Below are positions 28,129 to 38,253 of a stretch of 64,000 bases of DNA, piece after piece. Position 1 is the first letter of the stretch; the number at the start of each line of letters is the position of its first letter. This DNA comes from a virus. The notes under the pieces were generated by a model that ran no database searches, was not told the origin of the DNA, and was given only the letters and a program-made list of their open reading frames with translations. The stretch spans positions 1 to 64,000 of the IMG/VR virus record IMGVR_UViG_3300042879_003994; one strand, 5' to 3'. Made by a program: the position numbers and the translations under genes.

Positions 28129-28937
28129 TTACTTTTTCTAAATTAGGTTATTACGGAGCCATTGGAAATCAATTGTTTCAATATTCTACATTATATTCAA
28201 TAAGTAAATTAAATGGTTATGATATAAAAATTCCAAACACACAAGAACATTTTGAAGAAGCCACTCGAAGAGTTCAACACTATTTCTTAAATTGTTTTAA
28301 GAATATATATGCCGAAATTTTAAATGAAAGCGATTTGAGCCTGATTAAGCATAAGGCCCATTGGGGATATCCAGCCCTTTTTAATCCAGAAGTACTTAGG
28401 ATACCAGATTATACGGATTTAGAGGGTTATTTCCAATCTTATAAATTTTTTGAGGACTTTAAAAGTGATTTACTAGATCAATTTCAGTTTAAAGATTCCA
28501 TAGTAGATTCAGTTTCTAATAAATATAATTTTAATTTTGATAACCTTTCTTCAGTTCATCTTAGATGTGGAGATTATATAGGAAGAGATAATCATCATCC
28601 AATAATGAATAAAGCTTATTACGAGAAAGCTTTTGAAATAGTGAATGTAGAAAATTATTTAGTATTTTCAGATACAATTGATTACGCAAAACAAATCTTT
28701 AGTAAATTTAAAGATATTAATTTTACATACATAGAGAATAATCATGCATTCGAGGATATGTACATTATGTCTAATTGCCAAAATAATATCTTAGCAAATA
28801 GTAGTTTTGCTTGGTGGTCGGCGTATATAAATAAAAATAATAAAAAAGTAATAGCTCCATCTAATTGGTTTGGACCAGCTTATAATGGTCAATGGAAACT
28901 CGATGACCTCATTCCCCAAAATTGGACAATATTGTGA
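28125..28937 (+). CDS. GT11 alpha-1,2-fucosyltransferase family protein
   Basis: GNQLFQY, GYFQS, VHLRCGDY, FSD and NSSFAWW motifs. Confidence 0.9.
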   Translation: MITFSKLGYYGAIGNQLFQYSTLYSISKLNGYDIKIPNTQEHFEEATRRVQHYFLNCFKNIYAEILNESDLSLIKHKAHWGYPALFNPEVLRIPDYTDLEGYFQSYKFFEDFKSDLLDQFQFKDSIVDSVSNKYNFNFDNLSSVHLRCGDYIGRDNHHPIMNKAYYEKAFEIVNVENYLVFSDTIDYAKQIFSKFKDINFTYIENNHAFEDMYIMSNCQNNILANSSFAWWSAYINKNNKKVIAPSNWFGPAYNGQWKLDDLIPQNWTIL

Positions 28938-29803
28938 ATAAAAAAATATGGAACATACTTGATGGTCATTTTGCTCATGAAAAATATTCTGTAGCTGGAA
29001 GAGATTCAGAATATATAATTTGGGATAGGAATCTAACTAATTTAAATAATCCAACGTTTTATTCTCATATGGAGATGTTTAAAATAGACAGCCTTAATAC
29101 ATTAAGAGACAATTCATATGGTTTAATTTTTGAATCAAGAGGGATTGATCTACAAACATATAATTCTGTAGAACAGTTGATATCAAAGTTTAATAAAGTC
29201 TTTACTCATAATTCGGAGTTTCTTAAAAAATATCCAAATTGCAAATGGATTCCAGGCGGGGGTATTTGGGTCGGAGGAAGAAAAGACACACCTCACGCAG
29301 AAGGCGAAATAGCCATACAAGAAAAAAGCAAACTCTGCTCAATGGTTTCATCTAACAAACAAATGTGCCAAGGACATATGACAAGATTAGTAATCATGTC
29401 AGTCTTGAAAGATAATCCCAAGGTTGATAAATTTTTTGGTATAGGTAGTCATCAAGATAATAAAGGATGGATACCTATATTTAGGTCATTAAAGGATTAT
29501 ATGTATTCTATAGTAGTTGAAAATTTTGTTGATGAACTATACATAACAGAAAGAATATTAAATTGCTTTGCCACGGGTACAATTCCAATATATCTAGGAG
29601 CATCAAATATAGGCGAAATATTTAATATAGATGGAATTATCCATTTGAATTCATTAAGAAGTGTAGAAGAACTTAATAATTTAATTGATAATTTAACTCC
29701 AGAATATTATTATAATAGAATGGATGCAATTAAAGACAACTTTGAAAGATGCCTAAAATATAAATCTATAGAAGATTATATATATTCAAACTATTTAAAA
29801 TGA
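28934..29803 (+). CDS. GT10 alpha-1,3-fucosyltransferase family protein
   Basis: Y.YSIVVEN...YITERI..CF..GTIPIYLG motif; start uncertain (28922 or GTG 28934). Confidence 0.8.
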   Translation: MNKKIWNILDGHFAHEKYSVAGRDSEYIIWDRNLTNLNNPTFYSHMEMFKIDSLNTLRDNSYGLIFESRGIDLQTYNSVEQLISKFNKVFTHNSEFLKKYPNCKWIPGGGIWVGGRKDTPHAEGEIAIQEKSKLCSMVSSNKQMCQGHMTRLVIMSVLKDNPKVDKFFGIGSHQDNKGWIPIFRSLKDYMYSIVVENFVDELYITERILNCFATGTIPIYLGASNIGEIFNIDGIIHLNSLRSVEELNNLIDNLTPEYYYNRMDAIKDNFERCLKYKSIEDYIYSNYLK

Positions 29804-30567
29804 GCAAGACAAGCATTAGCGATACTCAGAAATATAAAAATGCATGTAAAATGGCAACGATAAGTGATTTTCATTTTGATTTCTTTAAAAAAGATCAAGC
29901 TTATACAGAAATATTAGAGCATGTAAATCAAGAGCAAGGACAGATGTATAAAGATTATTTAGATATACATTTTTCTGACTATAAAACCAAGCTAGATAAA
30001 TTTAAAGAAAACGATATACATGGTAGTCCAGCGGTTTTTAATTATAATGATATAGGATTAATATCGCCAACAACACTAAGATACATTAAGGTATTATCAG
30101 ATCTAAAGAATTTATATGGATCTCTAGATAATTTTAATATCGTAGAGATAGGAGTTGGTTATGGTGGACAATGTAAAATTATAACTGACTTCTTTAATAT
30201 TAGCAAATATTATCTAATTGATCTTGATGAGGCGACAGATTTAGCTTTAAAATATCTTAATAAACTTAATGTTAGTAAAGCAGAGGCAATGAGATTTGAT
30301 GAAATAGACACAGTAAATTTAAAGTTTGATCTAGTTATAAGTAATTATGCATTTACAGAATTAAATAGAGATATACAAGATATATATTTAAAAAATATAG
30401 TCACACAATCTAGTAGAGGTTATATAACTTGTAATTTCATTAGTCAATATTGCAATATAAATTCTTATTCATTACAAGAGCTAGAACTAAAATTAAATCA
30501 ATTTAATCTTAAAAAGTTTCAAGAATTTCCTTTAACACACAAAGATAATCTTATACTTTGTTGGTAA
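29800..30567 (+). CDS. Putative sugar O-methyltransferase
   Basis: IVEIGVGYGG, YYLIDL and DLVISNYAFTEL SAM-binding motifs. Confidence 0.8.
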   Translation: MSKTSISDTQKYKNACKMATISDFHFDFFKKDQAYTEILEHVNQEQGQMYKDYLDIHFSDYKTKLDKFKENDIHGSPAVFNYNDIGLISPTTLRYIKVLSDLKNLYGSLDNFNIVEIGVGYGGQCKIITDFFNISKYYLIDLDEATDLALKYLNKLNVSKAEAMRFDEIDTVNLKFDLVISNYAFTELNRDIQDIYLKNIVTQSSRGYITCNFISQYCNINSYSLQELELKLNQFNLKKFQEFPLTHKDNLILCW

Positions 30568-30569
30568 AT

Positions 30570-31271
30570 ATGAATTTTACTTTTGGTATTATAACGACCA
30601 AACAAAATCCAGAATTAGAATTGGAGTCAATTATTAATTCTATTAAAGACTTATCCATACCAAATTATGAAATTATAATAATAGGTGGAAATATTAGTAA
30701 GGAATCAGAAAACTTGCAGATTTTTGCGTTCCAAGAGAGCGCAAGCGGAGCATGGATTACAAAGAAAAAAAACTTAATAACAGAAAAAGCTAAATACGAG
30801 AATGTTGTCTATATGCATGATTACATTTTATTTGATAAGGATTGGTATTCAAATTTTATAAAATTTGGAAATGACTTCAACTTATGCATGAATCAAATCT
30901 TAAATGAAGATGGAAGGAGATATAGAGATTGGACTTTATGGGCAGAATCAGCAGATCAGATTGGAGTACAGAATCCATACTACTTATTACCTTATGAGAT
31001 AAAATATCTTTCAAAATTAATGTATTTTTCTGGGGCATATTGGGTAGCTAAAAGAGATGTCATGAAAGAGTTTCCCTTAAATGAAAATTTATTTTGGGGG
31101 CAAGGCGAAGACGTTGAATGGTCAAAAAGAATCAGAGAAAAATATAATTTTAGTATAAATAAAGATTCGATTGTTAAATTAAATAGATATAAAGATCCAG
31201 CCTTTTTAGCCTGCAATAGACTCGACCACATTAATCAGCTTGATGCCTCAAGAAAATTTCATAATCTATGA
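30570..31271 (+). CDS. GT2-like glycosyltransferase
   Basis: YEIIII, KKN.....AKYE..VYMHD and GEDVEWS motifs; start moved to ATG 30570. Confidence 0.75.
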   Translation: MNFTFGIITTKQNPELELESIINSIKDLSIPNYEIIIIGGNISKESENLQIFAFQESASGAWITKKKNLITEKAKYENVVYMHDYILFDKDWYSNFIKFGNDFNLCMNQILNEDGRRYRDWTLWAESADQIGVQNPYYLLPYEIKYLSKLMYFSGAYWVAKRDVMKEFPLNENLFWGQGEDVEWSKRIREKYNFSINKDSIVKLNRYKDPAFLACNRLDHINQLDASRKFHNL

Positions 31272-32209
31272 ATAAGAAAATAACTATAAATTATTTTCCG
31301 CATTCTAGATTTTACTATGTATTTAGTCTAATTAAAGAACTAGCAAAATTAAGAGATGAAACAAAGTCAATCATCAAAATAAACCTTTTATTTTCTCATA
31401 TAGATAATGAAGTAATGCGTATTAGAGACTTGTTTCAAGAGCGTAACATAGAAGCGGAATTATTCGGTATAAATGGTGGAGATTATATGGCAAAAGTAAA
31501 TACCGCAATAACTAATACGCAGACTGATTTCTTTGTCAAATTAGATGAAGATGTTTTTCTTTCTAGCGACGTATGGGAATATTTCTTTAATAATTATGAG
31601 AAATTAAATGATAGTAACGTAGCTTTTATGACTCCTATTTTAAGTACTGGAATACCAACCACAGATAGTTTTATAGAACAATTCTTCAAAGAAGAAGATA
31701 AAAAGAAAATATATGATATTTTTTTAAAAGTTACTTTTGGAGAAATATGGGGAGTAGACTATTCTATATTAAATAAATTTACCATACAAGCCTCTAAATG
31801 GGATTCAAAAGCCTTCTATAAAGAGGTAGCGAATATAAATCATTTCTATAAAGGAATTCATCCAGTAAGATTATCTTCTGAAGCTCAAATCTTTATAACA
31901 GATTATATAATCAATAATATACATAAACTTTTTGAAAATAAAGATTTATCTATATCAAAAGAAAAATTTCCATATCTTTGCAATAATATAGTCATGCTCA
32001 AGACAGATACATTTAAAAAAATCGTAGATGATAAGTCTTTATTTAAAGATGGATTTGATGAAGTGCCAATTAATCTCTATATGCAAAATAATAATTTAAA
32101 TATGTTAATAATTAATAATGGATTTGGAGTACACCCTTCCTATAATACAATAGGCCATCATTATAAACTGATATCAGATAGATTTTTTGAACGAATAAAT
32201 ACCCTATGA
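31268..32209 (+). CDS. GT-A fold glycosyltransferase-like protein
   Basis: FVKLDEDVF (DxD) motif and cluster context. Confidence 0.6.
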   Translation: MNKKITINYFPHSRFYYVFSLIKELAKLRDETKSIIKINLLFSHIDNEVMRIRDLFQERNIEAELFGINGGDYMAKVNTAITNTQTDFFVKLDEDVFLSSDVWEYFFNNYEKLNDSNVAFMTPILSTGIPTTDSFIEQFFKEEDKKKIYDIFLKVTFGEIWGVDYSILNKFTIQASKWDSKAFYKEVANINHFYKGIHPVRLSSEAQIFITDYIINNIHKLFENKDLSISKEKFPYLCNNIVMLKTDTFKKIVDDKSLFKDGFDEVPINLYMQNNNLNMLIINNGFGVHPSYNTIGHHYKLISDRFFERINTL

Positions 32210-33582
32210 TAAAATTAATTATATTTGATTTAGATGGAGTTTTAATAGACGCAAGAGAAATTCATTACGAAGCTTTAAATAGAGCTATAGCTTTAGTTGG
32301 CAGCGAATTTATTATAAATAAGAAAGAACACTTGTCTACATATGATGGATTGCCAACAAAGAAAAAGCTAGAACTATTAACAAAAAATAAACAATTACCA
32401 CTAGAAAAACATCAGATAATTTGGGACAATAAACAAAAATTTACCATTCAAGTAATAAATGAAACAGTTTCATTTGATACTAGAATTCAAGATATATTAA
32501 GAAAGTTAAAAGATAAAGGCTACAAAATATATGTTGCATCAAATTCAATAAAAGAAACAATTAAGACAATTCTTCTTAAAAAAGGATTTATGGAATATAT
32601 TGATAACTATTATTCCAATGAAGATGTGAAGAATCCAAAACCTAAAGCTGAAATATATCTAAAGTGCATGATAGACGCTGGAGTAGATCCAGATGAATGT
32701 CTAATAGTCGAAGATTCAATAGTTGGCAGGAAAGCGGCTTTAAAATCTGGAGGAAATCTGCATCCAGTATTAAATACAAGCGATATAGATTTTGACAAAA
32801 TAGTAGATAATATTGATAAAATTAACAATAATAAAGTAATGAAGCCTAAATGGAAAGACGATAAAATGAAAGTATTAATTCCAATGGCTGGAGCAGGAAC
32901 TAGGTTTGAGAAGGCGGGCTATACATTCCCTAAACCTCTTATAGAAGTAAGAGGAAAGCCTATGATTCAAGTAGTTATTGATTGCATTGGTATTGACGCA
33001 AAACATGTATTTATTGCTCAAAAAAGTCATTATGAAAAATATAATTTAAAGGATACATTAAATTTAATTAGTCCAAATTGTGAGATAGCATTAACAGATG
33101 GATTAACTGAAGGTGCAGCCTGTACAACTTTATTAGCTAAACAATACATTAACAATGATCAGCCATTACTTATCGCGAACTCAGATCAATATGTGGACTG
33201 GGATAGTAATGAATTCATGTACTCTATGATGGCAGATAATATTGACGCTGGTATTCTCGTATTTGAATCAACTCATCCTAAATGGAGTTTTGCTAAATTA
33301 GACGAAAATGGATTTGTGTCCAAAGTCGCAGAAAAAAAACCAATAAGTAATTTAGCCACAGTTGGAATCTATTTTTGGAGAAAAGGCTCTGATTATGTAA
33401 AGTACGCAGAACAAATGATACGTAACAATATTAGAGTAAATAATGAATTTTATGTATGTCCTGTATTTAATGAAGCCATCGCAGACGGCAAAAAAATAAA
33501 AATATTTAAGATAGAAAATGATAAGATGTGGGGTATAGGCACTCCAGAAGATTTAAACTACTTCCTAGAAAATCATAAATAG
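32206..33582 (+). CDS. HAD phosphatase fused to a BcbE-like sugar nucleotidyltransferase
   Basis: FDLDGVL, KPK and VEDS (HAD); IPMAGAGTRF..GY..PKPLI and GTPEDL (nucleotidyltransferase). Confidence 0.85.
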   Translation: MIKLIIFDLDGVLIDAREIHYEALNRAIALVGSEFIINKKEHLSTYDGLPTKKKLELLTKNKQLPLEKHQIIWDNKQKFTIQVINETVSFDTRIQDILRKLKDKGYKIYVASNSIKETIKTILLKKGFMEYIDNYYSNEDVKNPKPKAEIYLKCMIDAGVDPDECLIVEDSIVGRKAALKSGGNLHPVLNTSDIDFDKIVDNIDKINNNKVMKPKWKDDKMKVLIPMAGAGTRFEKAGYTFPKPLIEVRGKPMIQVVIDCIGIDAKHVFIAQKSHYEKYNLKDTLNLISPNCEIALTDGLTEGAACTTLLAKQYINNDQPLLIANSDQYVDWDSNEFMYSMMADNIDAGILVFESTHPKWSFAKLDENGFVSKVAEKKPISNLATVGIYFWRKGSDYVKYAEQMIRNNIRVNNEFYVCPVFNEAIADGKKIKIFKIENDKMWGIGTPEDLNYFLENHK

Positions 33583-34406
33583 TGAAAGAGTCTTGTATTA
33601 TTGCGCCTATTCATGCGCCACATTTCATACCATATGGTATAGACTTTGTACAAAGCTATAATAAATATTACGATGACGGAGATGTATTCTTAATATTCTC
33701 ATCAGAACAAGAAGCTAATATATTTAAAACCATCGCTGGTAATTTAAAATACCAATCTATTATATGTAATGAGGAAATTGGGCCAAGTCCAATAACTCAA
33801 AAGAAAATCTTTGGATTAAAGTATATATTTAATAATACCAACTTTACTAAAGTTGGAGTTATAGATGTAGACACGGCTTTTATTAAAACAATTGATTATG
33901 ATAGATGCTTTGATGATTTTATAAACAATAAAAAAATATATGCATGTTATTCAACAAAACATCCACATGTTAATTCAATTATAAAAAGCCCTCTTAAATT
34001 TTTTAATCAACAAGATAGTTTACTATTGTCAGAGTTAACTCACAACTTTAAAGGGTATTTCTGGTTTAATGACGTACCAGTTTACAGCAAAGAATATTTC
34101 TTAAATTTTATAGAATATATAAATTATGAAGAAAATAAAAGCAAGCTCGAATATATTGATTTTGATTTTATTATCTATGGATATTATTTATTAATTAATA
34201 ATTTAGCTCAGATAGAGTATTTAAAAATTAATGATCAGATCATTGATCTTCCATATGGTTTTTTAGAGCAACAACATCTGGTAAATAATATTGAATTTGA
34301 AAAAATAATTGAGACCTATAAACCCATGTGGCTAAAAATAGACACTCGCCCAGAAACAATGGAAAATGTCTTTATTAGGCTTCATATACATTCACCATAC
34401 AAATGA
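33582..34406 (+). CDS. Hypothetical protein, possibly a GT-A transferase
   Basis: VIDVD (DxD) motif and cluster context. Confidence 0.5.
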   Translation: MKESCIIAPIHAPHFIPYGIDFVQSYNKYYDDGDVFLIFSSEQEANIFKTIAGNLKYQSIICNEEIGPSPITQKKIFGLKYIFNNTNFTKVGVIDVDTAFIKTIDYDRCFDDFINNKKIYACYSTKHPHVNSIIKSPLKFFNQQDSLLLSELTHNFKGYFWFNDVPVYSKEYFLNFIEYINYEENKSKLEYIDFDFIIYGYYLLINNLAQIEYLKINDQIIDLPYGFLEQQHLVNNIEFEKIIETYKPMWLKIDTRPETMENVFIRLHIHSPYK

Positions 34407-34837
34407 AAATTATTTCTCATCGAGGCAATTTAAATGGCCCAGATAACAACAAAGAAAATTCAAAAGAAGCAATAATTGATGCAATGAATCATGGTTTTGA
34501 TGTAGAGATAGACGTATGGAATAAAAATAATAATTGGTATCTAGGTCACGATGAACCTACCTATAAAATAGATCAAAAATTTTTAGAAAATAAGAAATTA
34601 TGGTGTCATGCTAAAAATCTAAACGCATTAAATTTAATGTTAAAAAATAAAAAGATACATTGTTTTTGGCATCAAAATGATGATTATACGATCACCTCTA
34701 AAGGATACATCTGGACATATCCCAAGAAGAATGTCACAGATAGATCGGTAATTGTGTTAATAAGTAAAAACAATAAATTACCAAAATCTTTTGGTATATG
34801 CACGGACTTCCCTTTATTATATCTTAAGTTGATATGA
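34403..34837 (+). CDS. GDPD/PLC-like phosphodiesterase, short form
   Basis: IISHRGN, EN, DVEIDV, LGHD, HAKN and GICTD motifs. Confidence 0.75.
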   Translation: MKIISHRGNLNGPDNNKENSKEAIIDAMNHGFDVEIDVWNKNNNWYLGHDEPTYKIDQKFLENKKLWCHAKNLNALNLMLKNKKIHCFWHQNDDYTITSKGYIWTYPKKNVTDRSVIVLISKNNKLPKSFGICTDFPLLYLKLI

Positions 34838-35808
34838 ATATCCTTTTAACTGGTGGACATGGCTTTATTGGTTCTAATTTTATTGAATTAATAATTAATT
34901 TACCACAAGTTAAAAATATAGTTAATATAGATTGTCCCAGCAGATATAACAGCGCAGCAAATAGAAGAAATGTTGAGCCATTTGATAATAATCCTAAGTA
35001 CCATTTTTATGACATGTGGCTTGAGATGCTTAACACACCGGATGATACTAAGAAATTCATTCAAATATTAAAGCAATTTGATATAACTCATATTATACAT
35101 TTCGCTGCAGAAACACATGTAGATACTTCTATAGATGATCCTATGAGATTTATAAAATCAAATATATTAGGGACTTTTAATCTATTAGAGGTTTGTAAAA
35201 TATTTCCACACATAAGATTTCATCATATTTCTACAGATGAAGTCTATGGAAGCTTGGGTTTAAATGGCAAATTTACAGAAAAAACTCCATACGCACCAAA
35301 TTCACCCTATTCAGCTTCTAAAGCTTCTAGTGATATGCTTGTCAGAGCTTACTATCATACATATAAAATTCCTATAACAATATCTAATTGCTCTAACAAT
35401 TATGGTCCAAATCAAAATTATGAAAAATTCATTCCAGTTGTCATAAGCTCAATTTTGAATAATAAGAAAATACCAGTATATGGAAATGGCAAGAATATAA
35501 GGGATTGGATATATGTCAAAGATCACTGCGAGGCTATTTGGGAAATAGTTATTAGAGGTAAGATTGGAGAAACATACAATGTTGGAGGAGAATGCGAAAA
35601 GGACAACTTACAGATAATTGATGATATCTGTAAAGTCATGAAAGTAAATCCAAAGGACTATATATCTTTTGTAGAAGATAGGAAAGGTCATGATTTTAGA
35701 TATGCTATAGATAATACCAAGATAAATAAAGAGTTAAGTTGGTATCCTACAACTAAATTTGAGGATGGGCTAAAACAAACTATTGATTTTTATAAAAGAA
35801 TATACTAA
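34834..35808 (+). CDS. rmlB: dTDP-glucose 4,6-dehydratase
   Basis: TGGHGFIG, HFAAETHVD, STDEVYG, YSASK and GHDFRY motifs. Confidence 0.93.
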   Translation: MNILLTGGHGFIGSNFIELIINLPQVKNIVNIDCPSRYNSAANRRNVEPFDNNPKYHFYDMWLEMLNTPDDTKKFIQILKQFDITHIIHFAAETHVDTSIDDPMRFIKSNILGTFNLLEVCKIFPHIRFHHISTDEVYGSLGLNGKFTEKTPYAPNSPYSASKASSDMLVRAYYHTYKIPITISNCSNNYGPNQNYEKFIPVVISSILNNKKIPVYGNGKNIRDWIYVKDHCEAIWEIVIRGKIGETYNVGGECEKDNLQIIDDICKVMKVNPKDYISFVEDRKGHDFRYAIDNTKINKELSWYPTTKFEDGLKQTIDFYKRIY

Positions 35809-35816
35809 AATAACTT

Positions 35817-36956
35817 ATGAGCATCAATATTCAAGAGACCTATTATGGTAAAAAAATAGATACTTGTAATATATTAAATATCGAAGATGCAAGTAAATTA
35901 ATTAAAAACAAGAATGTAATTGTTATAACTGGTGTTACTGGGCAAGATGGAAGCCATATGGTAGATTTTCTACTTAAGAATACTGATTATCTCATATTTG
36001 GTGGAGTTCGAAGATTAAGCGTATATAATCACGAAAACATTAGACACATTAAATCTGATAGATTTCATTTAATAAATTTTGATTTAACAGATTCTCACGC
36101 CATAGCTAGAACAGTAGAAAAATTAAAACCAGATTACTTTATTAATTTTGCTGCACAAAGTTTTGTAGCTAGTAGTTGGGACTTTGCTCGTCAGACTTGG
36201 GCAACAAATTCAACCGCTGTTTTAGATATCTTAGAAGCGATTAGATTATATAAACCTTCTTGTAGACTTTATCAGGCTGGATCAAGTGAGGAATTTGGAA
36301 ATGTTCAATATACTCCTCAAGACGAAAATCATCCACTTAAACCAAGAAGTCCATATGGAGCAAGTAAAGCTGCCTCTAGACAATTAGTTAAAGTATATAG
36401 AGAGTCTTATAATATCTATGCAATTCAAGGTTGGCTTTTTAATCACGAAGGTATTAGAAGGGGCGAGGAATTTGTAACAAGAAAAATAACAAAAAATGTA
36501 GCTAGAATCTACCACGCAATAAAAAGTAATAAACAATTCGAACCATTAGAACTTGGAAATATAGAAGCTAAAAGAGATTGGAGCGATGCGGAGGATTTTG
36601 TAGAGGGAGTATGGATGATGTTAAACCAAGATAAATATAATTCAAATTATGATGGTATACCAAAAGAATATATATTCTCATCAAATGAAACACATACGAT
36701 TAAAGAATTTGCAGAAAAAGCATTTAAATTTGCAGGAATAGAAGGCGAATGGATTGGTAAAGATGAACATACTGTATTCGTAGATCGCAGCAAGAGAATA
36801 TTAATACAAATAAATCCTAAATTCTACAGGCCAGCAGAAGTAGATATTCTATTAGGAAATTCTGATAAAGCAAGACAAGAGTTAAATTGGAAGCCAAAGA
36901 TTTCATTTGACAAACTAATCAAAAAGATGGTAGAATGGGATATATCTAATGTCTAG
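35817..36956 (+). CDS. gmd: GDP-mannose 4,6-dehydratase
   Basis: ITGVTGQDGS, PRSPYGASK, LFNHE, FVTRKI and YRPAEV motifs. Confidence 0.93.
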   Translation: MSINIQETYYGKKIDTCNILNIEDASKLIKNKNVIVITGVTGQDGSHMVDFLLKNTDYLIFGGVRRLSVYNHENIRHIKSDRFHLINFDLTDSHAIARTVEKLKPDYFINFAAQSFVASSWDFARQTWATNSTAVLDILEAIRLYKPSCRLYQAGSSEEFGNVQYTPQDENHPLKPRSPYGASKAASRQLVKVYRESYNIYAIQGWLFNHEGIRRGEEFVTRKITKNVARIYHAIKSNKQFEPLELGNIEAKRDWSDAEDFVEGVWMMLNQDKYNSNYDGIPKEYIFSSNETHTIKEFAEKAFKFAGIEGEWIGKDEHTVFVDRSKRILIQINPKFYRPAEVDILLGNSDKARQELNWKPKISFDKLIKKMVEWDISNV

Positions 36957-38253
36957 AAAAGAAAAAATACTAAATTTCTTGCTTTCTCTTGAGAATGAGG
37001 AGAATCTATTCATACCTCAATTCTGTCATAATTTAAAAGATGTTAAAAATAAAGTATACTATGGTGGACCATCATATACAAAAGAAGAAATTGTAGAAGC
37101 AATAGACACATTGTTATTTGGAAAATGGCTTGCTAGTGGCGAAAATGTAGCCAAATTTGAAAAAGAATTCTCTAAAAAAATTAATCAAAAATATTCTGTA
37201 ATGGTAAATTCTGGAAGCTCTGCCAATTTAGTTATGATCGCAGCACTTAAGAAGCATCTCAATTGGAAAGACGAGGATGAAATATTAATATCTGTAGTCG
37301 GTTTTCCTACAACACTAAATCCAGTTATTCAGAATAATTTAAAGCCAGTATTTGTAGATATTGAATTTGAAACGTTAAATTTTGATCTAAATCAATTAGA
37401 AGCAAAAATTACAAAAAACACTAAAGCAATATTTATATCGCCAGTATTAGGAAATCCGCCAGATTTTGATAAACTAATTGAAATTTCAAAAAAGCATAAT
37501 ATACATTTAATACTTGATGGATGCGATAGTTTTGGAAGTAAATGGGATGGTAAACATTTAAATGAATATTGTATAGCTTCAAGTTGTTCTTTTTATCCAG
37601 CGCATCATCTTACTACTGGAGAAGGTGGCATGGTCTCTTCTGATATAGAAGAAGTAGTAAATCTAGCGAGGAGTTTTGCGTGGTGGGGCAGAGACTGTTA
37701 TTGTATAGGTAGTTGCAATTTATTAAAGAATGGAAGCTGTAATCAAAGATTTTCGAATTGGATTAAGGAAATTCCATATAACATTGACCATAAATACTTC
37801 TTTACGCAAATTGGCTACAATCTAAAACCTCTTGATTTACAAGGAGCTATAGGTCTAGTTCAATTAAAAAAGATGCAAGAATTTCATCTAAAAAGAGTCT
37901 CCAATAAAGATAAAATTCAAAATATTCTTAGTAGATTAGATGGACTTAAGTTTCCCTCTTTTTTTCCTAAAGCAGACATATCTTGGTTTGGAGTCCCAAT
38001 TATTTGTAGCGATTATCTATCAAAAAATAAACTAGTTAATTACTTGGAAGAAAATGGTATACAAACAAGAAATTACTTCGCTGGAAATATCTTGGTGCAT
38101 CCAGCATATAAGCATCTAGAAAATTGGGAAAGCTATACGAATGCAAATGCGGTGCTAGAAAAAGTATTTTTTGTTGGATGCTCTCCAACTATAAGCGAAA
38201 GCAATATAGAGTATTTGGCAAGTGTTATTGATAGATATGATACCAAAGATTGA
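36949..38253 (+). CDS. rfbH: NDP-4-keto-6-deoxyhexose 3-dehydrase (RfbH/DdhC, E1 type)
   Basis: VNSGSSAN; SFYPAHH (His in place of the Schiff-base Lys); GRDCYC...C...DHKY Fe-S ligands. Confidence 0.88.
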   Translation: MSRKEKILNFLLSLENEENLFIPQFCHNLKDVKNKVYYGGPSYTKEEIVEAIDTLLFGKWLASGENVAKFEKEFSKKINQKYSVMVNSGSSANLVMIAALKKHLNWKDEDEILISVVGFPTTLNPVIQNNLKPVFVDIEFETLNFDLNQLEAKITKNTKAIFISPVLGNPPDFDKLIEISKKHNIHLILDGCDSFGSKWDGKHLNEYCIASSCSFYPAHHLTTGEGGMVSSDIEEVVNLARSFAWWGRDCYCIGSCNLLKNGSCNQRFSNWIKEIPYNIDHKYFFTQIGYNLKPLDLQGAIGLVQLKKMQEFHLKRVSNKDKIQNILSRLDGLKFPSFFPKADISWFGVPIICSDYLSKNKLVNYLEENGIQTRNYFAGNILVHPAYKHLENWESYTNANAVLEKVFFVGCSPTISESNIEYLASVIDRYDTKD

